DNA from: Nageia nagi
Taxonomy: Eukaryota > Plantae > Pinophyta
Direction: 5' to 3'
Assembly: GCA_050084985.1 (NCBI GenBank)
Contig: JBITNC010000002.1
Span: 11,594,001 to 11,658,000 of the forward strand
DNA: 64,000 nt
Numbering within the stretch: the first letter of the stretch is position 1; every line of letters begins with the position of its first letter. Below are positions 1-12,208 of the stretch, in pieces. The translations under genes were made by a program, and so were the position numbers. The notes beneath the pieces are model-generated. The model worked only from the letters and a program-made list of their open reading frames with translations, did no database searches and was not told where the DNA came from.

Positions 1-1826
1 CCTTGACAATATTAACTAAAAATGATGCCTTCACATGGTTGGAAATAGCTATGGCGCATTCAACAAACTCAAACAAATTTTGTGTTCCACTTTGTTTCTA
101 GTTACTCCACACTTCAATGAATCTTTTATGATAGTGTAATGCATCAGGAAATGGATTTGGTTTTGTATTAATGCAAGAGGGCCACCTCTTGGCATTTGAA
201 GGCAATCATTTATTATGAAGAAACTTACACAAATCTATATATGAGAAAGAAATGATGGCTATCCTACATGAGATCCAAAAATTTCGAACTTACTTGATGT
301 GAACATGCTTCACAATCAAAATGGACTAGATCAACCTAACACACTTCTTAGAGAAATGCCTCTATTGTATGGAGATAAGTGGGTTATCTTAATGCTTGGC
401 TATGACTTTGAGATCCAATACAAAAAAAGTGCAAGGAAATTTTGTGGCAGATGCACTATCTAGAACGAACGAGGAACATGGATCTCTATGTGCAATACCA
501 TCTCTAGAACTAACATGGATAGAACAAATCTGAAAGGAATGAAAAGAAGACCCAACTATAGTATTCATCATTCAACACCTAAGCAATAGCAGCCAGGAAC
601 CTAAGGGGTTTGAATGCCAAAATGGAAATTTCAAATTTCAAATAGAACATATTTGGAAAACAATTTCAAATGCAAAGAATTGGTTTTTTAAGAATTACAT
701 GGATCCCCTTTAGAAAAACACTTTGAATTCTTCAAAACTTACCATAGTGTGAGGCAGTTATTCTTCTAGAAAGGGCTCAAATAGGATGTAAAGAGATTTA
801 TGGAAGAATGTGAAGTGTACCAAAGAAATAAGGTAGAAACAGTAAAAACCTCTTGACTATTGCAAGCCTTATCCTTCTTAAATAAGCAATGGTTAAAATT
901 TAAATATCTCAATGAACTTTATTGAACGATTGCCAAAATGAAAAATAAAGACAGTAACACTTGTGATGGTGGACAAATTATCCAAATATGCCCATTTTCT
1001 TGCACTTCAACACTTCTTCATAATAAGCAAAGTGGTTAAGATCTTTGAAGTTGAACTCTTTTGTGTCCAAAGTATGCAAGAACATATTGTGAATGACAAA
1101 AATTTCTGTATTCACAAGCGACTTTGGGAAGGAACAAGTTTAATATAAATTCTTCTACCCACCCTTAATCAAATGAAAAAAGAGAAATAGTCAACATATG
1201 TTTGGAAATGTACTTAAGATGTTTTGCATTTGATAAACAAGAACAATGGATCAAATGGCATTCCATAGCAAAATGGTGGTATCACAATGTACCATTTTGC
1301 CAGTTAGATGTCCCCCTATGAGGCCCTCTATTGGCAAAAACCTTCTATATTGTTTGATTACATCTTCCAATCAGCAAGGGTCAAGGGAAGTGGGATATGC
1401 TACAATATTTTCTAGAGGTTCTGTTCCTCCTCCAAGACTGTTTTCACCAAGTCCAAAAATCCAATGAAACAATAGGTGGACCAACACAAAACAGAAAGAA
1501 GTGTCAATATAGGTGATATGTTGTTTTTTTGACTCCAACAATACAAATAGATAACTTTGAAGCAAAATCTATTGGCACCGAAGTTCTATGGACCATATAA
1601 AGTATTTTAGAAAATTGGGCAAGTTGCATACCAACTGAAGCTACTATTGTCTTCAAAAACTCATCTTGTATTTCATGTTTCTTGTCTTAGACAAGTACTA
1701 GGTGAAAATATTCAAGCATAAACAGAGCTGCTAGAACATGACAAAGAAGGGAGGATTACGTTGAAATAAAAAGCTATTCTGGATGAGTGTTCAATGAAGC
1801 TAAGGAACTGGAAAGTCAAAGAATTT
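1..1826 (+). mobile_element. Degenerate Ty3/gypsy (chromovirus-type) pol remnant: RT C-terminus, RNase H, integrase, start of chromodomain
   Basis: Manual translation gives LTKNDAFTW, VLMQEGH.LAFE, YEKEMMAI, GYDFEIQYKK, VDKLSKYAHF, PKFYGPYKV and HLVFHVSCL motifs, with many stops and frameshifts. It is cut off at 1827 by another LTR. Confidence 0.9.
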
Positions 1827-2250
1827 GATGTAGATTCCTGCAAGAGACCAAAACAGATCTCCAAAATTGATCCACAACACACAAGTAAATCAATGGAAGA
1901 ATAAAATTCACAATAAGAAATCTTTATTCTTCTGAATCTACACTAAATCCTCAAAAGGATTACAATAATCTTTTATAAATCATCTCTTTCCCTCCTTTCT
2001 AATTTAAAAAAAACGTAAAATATAGCTAAGATGAGGCCCAAAATGGAACCATGCATCCATTCCTCAATACATGCAATTATTCTAAAAATAGAACTAAAAG
2101 TAAAAACAAAATTTGGGCTGTATGACAAGCGTTTAAGGTCTCGAAATTATCTCCCATGGGAGACGTTACAATCTTGTAGATTTTTAAATTCTGCATGATC
2201 TGAAAAAAAAAGGCTTAAAACGATATCCGGATCAAAAGTTATGGTCTCTG
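1827..2250 (-). mobile_element. Truncated LTR fragment interrupting the gypsy chromodomain
   Basis: Abrupt junction at TGATGTAG (reverse complement ends ...CTACATCA), with LTR-like composition. The other end and a TSD were not found. Confidence 0.5.
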
Positions 2251-3381
2251 CAAGGTACACCGGAATTGCTGCTCCTTCCTATATAAGAAGAGGATGCAAC
2301 TTGGGAAATGAATGCTACTTTGAAGTATTTCCACATCTGCAAGCTTTGAGGACAAAGGTTTTTGACATAGGGAGATATGTTATGATCCCTTTCATCGGCT
2401 CTAACCTTATCACATGGATATTTGACTATGGAGCAAAGAGATTAATGCATTAGCTAGAATTGCTTATAAAAAGTAGGGATAAGCCCATAATTAGCATTGT
2501 GAATTTATATCTTAATTGTTATTTTCAATTACTTTGGAGATCACCTCTTTGAAGTGGTAATAACTCTTCGGTCTCTTCATGGCGAACATTTGTTATTCAA
2601 TTATTCTGGATTTGGCAAATGCACACAGTGTTCTGTTGTTAATTGCTCAGTTATACTACTCTTGCTGCTCTTGGATACTGTTATTTTGATATGAGTGGAA
2701 TTTCGATGCAATTACTATTATTGTACTAGTTGAATTGTAACAGAAATTTGTAAATTCAACCACAAGATCAAAGTCAATTAAGTCATCTATTTGATGATCT
2801 GTAATGGGATGAACATGGCTTCTATTTCTTGCCTCATAAGGATGCTTGAGATTTGAATATTTTGCTTTACTTAAGATTTTTGCCTTATTCAACGAGGGAC
2901 TGGTGGACAGTTTCTCTTTGTGGTGTTATGACAGGTTCTTGAAGGAAGGAATTTTGCTTTTGAACTGCTGAGCTTGGACAAAGCACTCTTCTTTGTCAGA
3001 ATCATTGACAATGTTCTAGTATATATTGATGATATGAGCTAGCAGTTAGGATTCTAGGAATATGGTCCTAGTGACTGTGTTATTACACCAAATTGATGAG
3101 GAATCACTCAATCAAACAAACAAAAACTGAATCAAATCACTTTTGTATGCCTTGAGATAAGGCAGACCCTATGCATAAAAGTTGGCTCGAGACAGACATT
3201 CAATATGAATGATGATTTGCAATAAAATATTTTTCATTTTAAGACTCATGGATATCATGAAGAAAATTAGGAAAGTTACAGGTGGTATTGATGAAAATTG
3301 AACTTATGCTACCACAGTTATGCAGTCTTTTCCACTAAGGTCTTTTGCAGTAAAGTATATCAGAAAACTTTTTTAAAGAAA

Positions 3382-4297
3382 GACTAGAGTTAATCATGGC
3401 TGTTAAAAGTGGGTGATTGTTTTTCTAGTAGCAAACTTAATCCAAAAGCACTTAAAATTTGCTAAATCCAGGACATATTAGTGCTTGTAGGCAACAGCTG
3501 GACTCTTGAGTTCATCTATTAAACTTTTTTGTTTTACTTGACTAAACATGAAACTGAAGACCATACTTCAAGTTCAATTTGGTTCATTTCCCAATATGGA
3601 CAAAAGATAACTCAACTACTAGTTCCAAAAAACCAATACTCAAGAAAGCTACACGTATTCAGGAATATTGTTTTTTAGTTGCACAATGTTCTTGTCTGCA
3701 TAGGGCCTTAAATAATTTTTCATTCATTGAGATTGTATATGTACTCAATATGATGTGTATGTTGACATATTAGTTAGTTTGGACTCATTAGATAAATAGA
3801 GTAAAATAATGGTCTACCAGGAAAAAAGCTTCTATAGAGAAGATTGTTTTGCTTGATTAAACATGAAACTGAAGGCCATACTTCAAGTTAAATTTGATTC
3901 ATTTCCTAATGTGGACAAAAGATAACTCAACCTCGAGTTCCAAAAAATCAATACTCAAGAAAGTTACACGTTTCAAAAATTGTTTTTTAGCTGCACAATG
4001 TTCTTGTCTGCATAGGGCCTGAAGTAATGAAAAGATTTTAATTCATTCATTGAGATTGTATATGTGCTCAATATGATGCGTATGTTGACAATTTGACATG
4101 TTGGTTAGTTTGTACTCATTAGATAAATAGAGTAAAAGAATGGTCTAACAGCAAAATGCCTCTATAGAGAAGCACTAGAGTTATTTATGGCTGTTTAAAG
4201 TAGGCCTATTGTTTTTCTAGTAGCAAAGTCAATCCAAAACCACTTCAAATTTGCTAGATCGAGGCTACATTAGTGCCTGCAGCCAATGACCAGACTC
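3382..4297. repeat. Local duplications arranged A-B-B'-A'
   Basis: A at about 3382-3510 matches A' at about 4174-4297 (ACTAGAGTTA..ATGGCTGTT...). B at about 3529-3840 matches B' at about 3844-4170 (AAACATGAAACTGAAG...). Confidence 0.85.
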
Positions 4298-4842
4298 CCA
4301 CTGGTTGAGCAGCGGGATGGTAAATAGTAGGATGCTCCCACTCCATTACATCCATTATCTACCATTCATTGTTTTTTCAATTCTAGCAGTTTGTTACTCT
4401 TAGCACTCAATGGGTTTAGCACAACCATATCAAAACAGGGTTGTGGGCAGCAGGAACCTCCTGCTCTGCTTGCTTCTCAGTGATCCATTGCAATACTATT
4501 GAGCTATTCCTCATGTAACTTGATGTGCACGTAGTGTTGTAGAGAATCTTCACAAGGACATGTGGTGGTTGTTGTTCATCAATGGAAATTGTTGACGTCC
4601 CAACACACCCCTTCTCTTTCTTTTGCAGAAGGATAAGGGGACCCTCAGTTTCAAAAGCAAGAAGCTTTAGGAAATCTCACCCAAACAGCATTTTGAGTGG
4701 TAATGGAATGAAGTTTGTTTAGAATAGCCCAAAGTGCAACTTTAAAACCAGCTGGAAAGCCTACTTAAGAAAAACAAGCACTTTTTGGAGAACTCATGAA
4801 TAGAAGCGGGTGTGAAATCCAAAAGTTGGTCAAGTCCAAGGC

Positions 4843-6238
4843 TGGTCGCTCATTATACATTCTCATCTTTATAGGATGGTGCGACCATCTCTCTTGGGCA
4901 ATCTGGAAGCATAAGAATTGACTAAGTGCTGGAAATTCTCCTCCTAAGGGCATTTGCACGATTCAAATTGGTTGAAAATCCATCTTTTTGTGGCCTCCCC
5001 ACCACCATCACTAAGACGTTGCATTTGTCTTGGTCACATTCGGCCACCACTTCAGCCAAATGAACGTAGACACCTAGCAGAAAATTGAGTATATAAAGGG
5101 AAGCCGCTTTGTTCATTTGCCTTGTTCATTGTGAAGGGCATCAAAAGGTGTTTGCATGGTTTTTGGAAGTAGCATTTTCATCTTCTTAAAACTGTGCGAC
5201 CACCCTCCCTTCAAGGTTTTGAGTTCAAAAATTGGCTAAGTGTTAGGAAGAAGGTTCATTAAAGGTGTTCGCATGGTTTCAAAGGGTAGCATTTCTATCT
5301 TTCTCCAAGCATGCAACCACCTCTACCAGACGATGAAGCATGCATTGAAATGGCTTGTCTCAAGTTCATTCAGCCTCCACTTTGATCAACCCAACATGGA
5401 CATTTGTCAAAAGGAAAATTATAAAAGCAAATCCTATTTTGAACTTTCACCAAGTCAACCTTGTCCTTTGAAGTGGTCGCACGATCCAAAATAGTCACCT
5501 TTGCATCTTGTTGAAAGCATGCGATCACCCCCTTTCTGCATTCAAACACCATTTATAGTGATCACATGGTCTCATAGAGTCAAGTTTGCATCATTTGAGG
5601 AAGGCCCAACCACCTTTTTTTGCATCTCCAAAATCAACTAAGTATCAAGTCCAAATTGTTCAAAGTATGTTCGCATGGTTTTAACAAGTTGAAGTTCCAT
5701 CTTTTGAGAGGCATGCGACCATCCCCTCCTTTGTATGAAAGCACTAACCCAAGTGGTCGCATGGTTTCAGATAGTTACCTTTGCATCTTCCCAAACACAT
5801 GCACCAACTTCCTTAGCTGCATTTTCAGGCTAAGTCTAGCATATTGATTCATCCATTACTGATCGCACACCTTGGGAGAGTTACAATTGCATCATTTCAA
5901 AGGCATGCGCCCACCTTCCTTTTGCATTATAAAGAACACTTGTAAAGGAATTTGCTTTTCCTCCATGGAACGATTGCCATCTGGCAGTCTTGAGCAACTA
6001 TAAGGGAGAAAGAGGGTGACTTAGTTAAATTTGTGGTTGCACTATTTTCATAAGGCTGGTCGCACGATTTCAAAAGTTTACACTCTCATCATTCCCAAAT
6101 CGAGCAACCATCTCCTTCTTACATTGTTGTTTTCATTTCATGGTCTATTGCATTGTTTGTCTTGCATTAACTCATTTTACAACACGGTCGCATGATCCCT
6201 AGGATATAAACATCAATCATTGTGAATGCATGCGACCA
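4843..6238. repeat. Array of inverted half-site pairs TGGTCGCA-N38-TGCGACCA (copy 1)
   Basis: Pairs at 5474/5520, 5668/5714 and 6185/6231 all have 38-nt spacers. Many further degenerate units are present. Confidence 0.85.
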
Positions 6239-6584
6239 CCTTTTTGCATTTAAGACATTTTAATAGCATTCGTTTTATCCTAAAGTAGACTCATGCATTT
6301 TGTTACCTTTTTGTGGTCCCACCATACATTTAAGTTAGGATTCATTTGCATTTCGAAAAAGGGAGCACTGGTCAGCCAAAGTCCATGCACTCATGCATTA
6401 AAATTAAGTTGTAAATGATGTTGCATGTAGGAAGAAGTCGGTCACCTTGTTATCATTACCATCCAATTCTCCTATTCTCATATAAAGGCATACAGGCCTG
6501 TCAGGCATAACACCTTCCTTTCATTACACCCAATGTCTGTCAGAGTCAGTTGCTACTAACTTGATTTACTTACACAGGTTAGAG

Positions 6585-9500
6585 ATGGCGAAGATCAATT
6601 CTAAGCTAGGCAAATCCAAAAAGCTGCAATTGGCCAGACTGACCGGGCGCAGTTAGATAGAGTTCATGAAAGAAAACTCTAAAGATCCCTTGAAGCAAGC
6701 AAATTCAAAAATAGCCTTACCAACATCCGGGATACCAATTGGTCTCACATTGACCCAATTTGGACACTCCAAGCTATTGGGGAGTTAGACAAATTCCAAA
6801 TCCTAAAGAAGTAGTATGCACATCTGGATTGGTGACCGCCACCTTAATCCTTCTGAACTCTGCTACGAAGTAGGCAGACATGCCAACTTCAAAGATGAAG
6901 CCCTCTACGACATTGATGGAAATAAGATCCTAGATTTCTCTCCTTTGGGGATTGTTGAAGCCTTTAAGTGGAGTAATGAAGGGGTCGTGTATATGGAGAG
7001 AGATTCTTTGGAATATTATGAGAAGTCTCCACAAGCTGCAAGTCTTATCAGAGATTGGCTTGAAAAGGAAAGCAAAGGATTCATGGGAAACAAATTGTTA
7101 AATGCAAAAAGGCAACACTTCTACCCTACGGTATCCATGATCATTAGCATGTTGTCTAGGGTCATTGGCAAAGAAGACGACTTCAAGTTCCGAAGGGAGT
7201 TTACCGGATTCATTGCCGTGATTGGGAACCGACAGAGAATAAAGTGGAGCAAGGTGATTAATGACTCCCTCTTATTCTAATTGGCTCACATTGGCTCCTT
7301 GAGAAAATTCTATATGAATTCCTATCTAGTCTTCCTTCTCCTCCATGGCAAAAATAGAAGATCAACCCATGTAGACATTGAGATCTTGAACAATCCAGAG
7401 AAGCCTGTATGGAGAGCGTACCCCAAGTGGTGGTTAGAGTCCAGATGGGATTATTATGCCATGAGAAATGATGGGTGGGAGTTCCAAATTTATAAGGAAA
7501 TCAAGGGTAGGCAAATGGTGAAAAGGATCTCCGATTCAGTTGTTGAGGCCATCTAAGGGCATGGTGACTATTTTCTGGAAGACCCCGCACGTACCTACAT
7601 TCGGGTCTATGGCTTTGAAGTCAGACCTTATCTTTTGCCTTGGTATGCTAGCAACCGCCTCATTTTATGGAGTTCTGCAGGCAGTTGTTGTTTTTATATG
7701 AAAATGTATGGAAGAAGAAAAATGCTACAACCAATCTCCCCATTTCAATTGGGGATTACACTTGCTCAACTTGGTAAGAGGCTAAGGAGATGGGCAAAGA
7801 ATTAGCCTACTACCACTTCAATGAGGAGGAGGCAGCCTTCCACTATGATCTTGAAGGAAGAATTCAATGCTTCTATAAGCGGGCATTCAGGAATCCTATG
7901 ATCTACGAGCATCGACCTCTTGGAGACAAAGTAAGATATAGGAACAAGAGGGAAGAGAAGCAAATTTAGGAGGTCCATCAGATCTTAATAGGTGAGGGAC
8001 GTATTGATAGAAGGATTCAAATCCTGAACAATCCTTGGGACATCTCAGCCAACAAATCTACCTCCTCATTAAGAGTGAGAAGACAACAAGGAAGAACAGG
8101 AGAGCACGCAACTTTGGGTGGGGCTAAGTTTGGGATTCACATCGTGGTCAAGGAAATTACCAAGGATGTTGCCATCATGAAAGAAAATGGGTACCTAGTT
8201 TTCCCTCTCCAACAACTTGAAGATTACATCTCGAAGGACGTCCCCATGATGCCTATCATACCAATCTAGGTTGAGAATCCCCTAGTACTCCTTGGCCTAT
8301 TAACACCCGTAGCAAACACATTTTCGGAGCCTATTGAGGTTGAAATTCAAGAAAATGCTCCCGCCACAAACCAACTTAAAGATCCTGACTCATCAAGCTG
8401 ATCTTTCGATTCTAAGACATCCTTTGAATCATCTGGTTCACTTGAATCAAGTTCGAAAGGAGGGGAGATTGAAAGAGAGCATGAAGAAGAGCATGAGGAC
8501 GGAGAAGGCTCCTAGTCTAACAAACAGGATTCTCAAATCATAGACATCAAGGGAAAATCTGATACAGAAGAAACTGACGAAACCTTGCCCTCTAAATCCA
8601 AAATGGTAAAGCAAGTTGCTTCTTCTAAGTCCACCACTCCACAGAGGAAAAGAAGAACGTCCCCCAGGAAGGGACCTTCTCAAACGGCCCCCAGTAAACC
8701 TTCAAAGCTGAGTAGAACTTCCACAACTGGAGATGGAGGAGATGAAGACGATCAGGGAGAGAATGAGGAGCAGAGGAGGAAGAGAAAGTAACAAGAGCAT
8801 GGCAGCCATAGATCATCGAAGAGTAAAGAGAAGTCGGTTCAAACTAAAAGCCAACAATTAAGAATTGAGGAAATTCCTTGGGAGTCCGCTTCGGTCAATA
8901 CAAATACCGCTTTGGCCAACATTGCAGTTAGCTTAGCGCGACAAAGGAGTATGATTTTTGACATTGATGCAGTGATCAAAGATCTTCAGATGAGCTATAG
9001 GAGTGATGATGAAGGATCAAGCCAAAGGAAGGAAGCCATGTCGGAGGACTCCCCGATTGAAGAAATAGATACTTTCGTGTCTATGAAGAATGATAAAGTG
9101 ATCATCAACAGATTCTATTCTAAGAAAAAGTATCCACAAGATTTGCAGGACATGCAGGTCCACACCAAGGATTTCAAAGTGAAGAAGATTGGGTGTGCTA
9201 GACGCAAGCATGCTATTAATTACAATATGGATGAGATAGTCAGATAAGGGATCGAAAGGGAAAATATAGTCAAGGAGTTGAAGAAGGATTTGGCTTGGAA
9301 GAACAAACTGGTAAAAGAAATAGAGGCTGCAAAGATGACCATGGAAGATATCAAAGTCCAAACCTCATTGAACGTTGGTATTGCTTCCACCAACGAGACT
9401 TTAGTCAACGTAGTAATGAGAGTAGTTAATGAGCTCTCACTATGGCTAGTTTCCCTTACGAATGAGCAAAAGATTAAGGAGAATACAACGGCCGCCATTT

Positions 9501-9787
9501 CACAATTACTTCAAGATTTTCAAAATCATGAATAGGCCATCCAGAACATCAGAAGGGCATCTAAAGGACAACTTGGTTGAGTGCAGTATTGCCAAGAATT
9601 TGCATCACTTGTGTTGGTTGAGGTTCGCTGTGGAGGATTGTGCCAATCTCACATAGGCAAGGACCGAGTTGATGTCTGCCTTGACAAGTCTATCTTCGAT
9701 GATAAGGCTTTCTTCGATGACAAGTCTCATGGAATTCCTGACGACGTCTTTGCTGTTGCTCACGCTGTTGGTCCCACAGAAGGATGA
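6585..9787 (+). pseudogene. Decayed retroelement accessory ORF of about 1000 aa (globular N-terminal domain, acidic/basic low-complexity middle, coiled-coil-like C-terminus)
   Basis: ORF pieces 6816-7280, 7281-7556, 8585-8791, 8912-9247, 9278-9535 and 9581-9787 join across single stops or frameshifts. Motifs include FYMNSYLVF and TYIRVYGFEVRPYLLP. The N-terminus MAKINSKL..LQLARLT is conserved with the copy at 63797. Confidence 0.75.
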
Positions 9788-11120
9788 TTGGACAAATGCA
9801 TATTTCTTTTGTTTTTTTGCTAAACTTTTATATATTTTAAATTTTGTATTGTGATGGATGAGTTTTTGCTCCCACAGTTACGAAAAGACTTTTGATTTGA
9901 CATTCAGATGGAATCCAATCTGATGGGGTGTGATCAGATGCGGATATGATTGATGTGGTATTTGGCGTGCTGTTTGGCCACAATTTTTGCTTTTTGTTAA
10001 TAGTTTTCGCACTTTACGATGTAGTATTAGGGTTGCATGGTTGTTTAGGGCAGCTCTATAATTAATATTAGGGCGACACTTCATTTAATGAAGTTGTTAG
10101 TAATATGCTATAAGTACCCTTCATCGAATCATTTTTGGGGGAGATGGTTATAGGGTTGCATAGTTAGAGAAACAGATAGCATGCATGAGCATAGAATTCT
10201 TGTAATTGCTTCTATGAGCTGAATGCCAATCTTTTGAAGAGGATATTTTGGAACATATGTTTGGCTGTTGAGGTTTCCATTGCATGTATGTATGATCTAT
10301 CATTCTAAGGAAACTCTATTATTATTGAAAGTGTGATTGCTTATTTTGTGGGATTGAAGTTATTCATATGACATGACATGCCTGTTGGTGTATCATTTAT
10401 ACATTTATGAGCATTTCCTTTGAAAGTTCAACACTTTAGGGAAAGATGGTTGAATATCTTTCTTAAATGGATGAATGATCATTTCTACAATCTACATACA
10501 GTTGTATTATTTTGGAATTACTTTGCTTTTATGATATTTGATTGTCTTTATCTGCTAGAAATGGACAACTGATTCACACACCACCTCATATCCACTTTAC
10601 CATACGGACAATTGCCTTATGCTCTTGCTTGGGAAAGATCCAGACCCAGTCATTTCCTCCATTGCTTGATAATCCCTGTAGAAATTTCCTAATAAATCTG
10701 AAAGCAAAGCCCCAAACCTTGTGTAACGGTAACCAATCATTACTTATCTCATTATCAACTGCTAGGTTCACTTTGTTCCTGCAAACCTCTGCATCTTGAA
10801 TACCATCCCCTTTTGCTTTAAGTACTATCATGAAAGCTACAAAGAAACTGTGAACGAATCCCAATAGGTCCGTAATTACTTTGTGAGTTAGCCACCTTGA
10901 GCACATTCTTACCTGAGCCACTTCCTCGACAAAAGAACACCAATTGGTAGGGAAAATCCGTTTAAAGTCATGAGGATCCCCTTCAGAGTTCCGAAGATGC
11001 ATAAACTTTGGGGTTAAAGTCCTTTCAAGTGGGGTTAAGTAACGCTACCTTACTCTTCCTGGTGTCGTTTCCCATGGGGGGAAACAAACTCACGTGAAAT
11101 AATAAATAGGGGGCACATAG

Positions 11121-11452
11121 CATAGTTAGAAAATTCGGAATCGGATCGGAATCATTTGGTTGCAAGATTCCGATTTTTTGAAAAATCGGACAAAATCGGC
11201 AAAAAATTGGCATGAGAAAAAATGAAGGAATTTCTTTGATTTTAGCTAAATCTAAAAAAATCAGATAAAATTGGCCAAAAAATCGGATAAAATTGGCAAA
11301 AAATCGTCGGCCGGTTCAATGCCGATTTTTTTGTCTAAAAAATCGGAGTCAGAATCGGAAAAAATCGGATAAACACTTATTTGAAAAAATTCGGATCCAA
11401 TTCGAATTGGATCATTTGCTTGGCTGATTCCGATTCGATTTTTACAACTATG
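11121..11452. mobile_element. hAT-like MITE
   Basis: TIRs CATAGTTAGAAAATTCG and CGATTTTTACAACTATG. The 8-bp flanks GCACATAG and CCACAAAG match at 6/8. Many internal AAAATCGG subterminal motifs. Confidence 0.75.
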
Positions 11453-12208
11453 CCACAAAGTAGTGGAAGCATTTTCATTTCCCCTTGTTCTATTATTTGT
11501 TTTTTCCATTTTTCTGCTGCCTTATACAACTCATGGGTCTTGTCTCACACAATTTTATATAAGGCTAGTTATTGTTTGATATGCACAAGTTATGGCCAAA
11601 TTTTCTGGTAACCTTACTGTAATTGCTAGTGAGTTCCTTATGGTTGTTTTGGGCAGATTCACCACAGAATGCGCTCTTTTAAATAATCCAGATAATGTTT
11701 TGTAATTTGGCTTTATCGAGCAACAGAGTTATCCATTTGCTTTTAGATACAATCCATTAAATGTTTTGCCAAAATGGTTAACTAGGACTTGAAGCTAAGA
11801 TCTCTTGAAAACCGGTCTAGGCTCAAGCTATCTGTCTTTTGTTGGCCCAAAATTTTATTACAATATTTCTCTTCCACATGGGCAAGATTGTTAATTTTTG
11901 TCTTCATGGAGGAACAAGTGCTGCATTTGAGCCCAATGAATAAGCCAACTATAACATTTCATTATCCAGCCCAAGCCATAAGATACATAAGACATAATAA
12001 GGTTTATCAACCACCTTGCACGGACATTACAGTCACATAGTCTTGTCCGAAACCAAAGACTTAGCATTGCTTCCTCTGCCAAGTACAGGGCATGACAAAA
12101 ACCAAAGGCAGAGATGAAAGTGTACTCAACATAACACGTTAGATAATTCTTTGTTATCTCGTTTGATACATGTTGCTAATGCTTTTATTTCTTGCAGGAC
12201 AGAGAAAT

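Larger units (their letters stand above)
4590..11117 (+). mobile_element. Giant (about 6.5 kb) solo-LTR-like retroelement unit containing a long accessory ORF
   Basis: Starts TGTTGAC and ends GGGGGCACA. No gag/pol and no internal direct repeat. TATA-like CTATAAGTA near 10108 is followed by R/U5-like sequence. A homologous unit with the same TGTTGAC start begins at 61342. No TSD detected. Confidence 0.7.

Noticed and set aside
2241-2453. 70-aa ORF as a host exon or first exon of Sgpp
   Set aside because: No recognisable homology, and no convincing splice pairing with the 12198 acceptor.
4843-6238. N38 array as a CRISPR-type repeat-spacer memory
   Set aside because: The 38-nt spacers are related to each other (shared CATCTT-like core), so they are diverged repeat units rather than acquired foreign spacers.
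10586-11002. 138-aa minus-strand ORF near the end of the giant unit
   Set aside because: No recognisable motifs, and no second copy in the window to test conservation; likely incidental.
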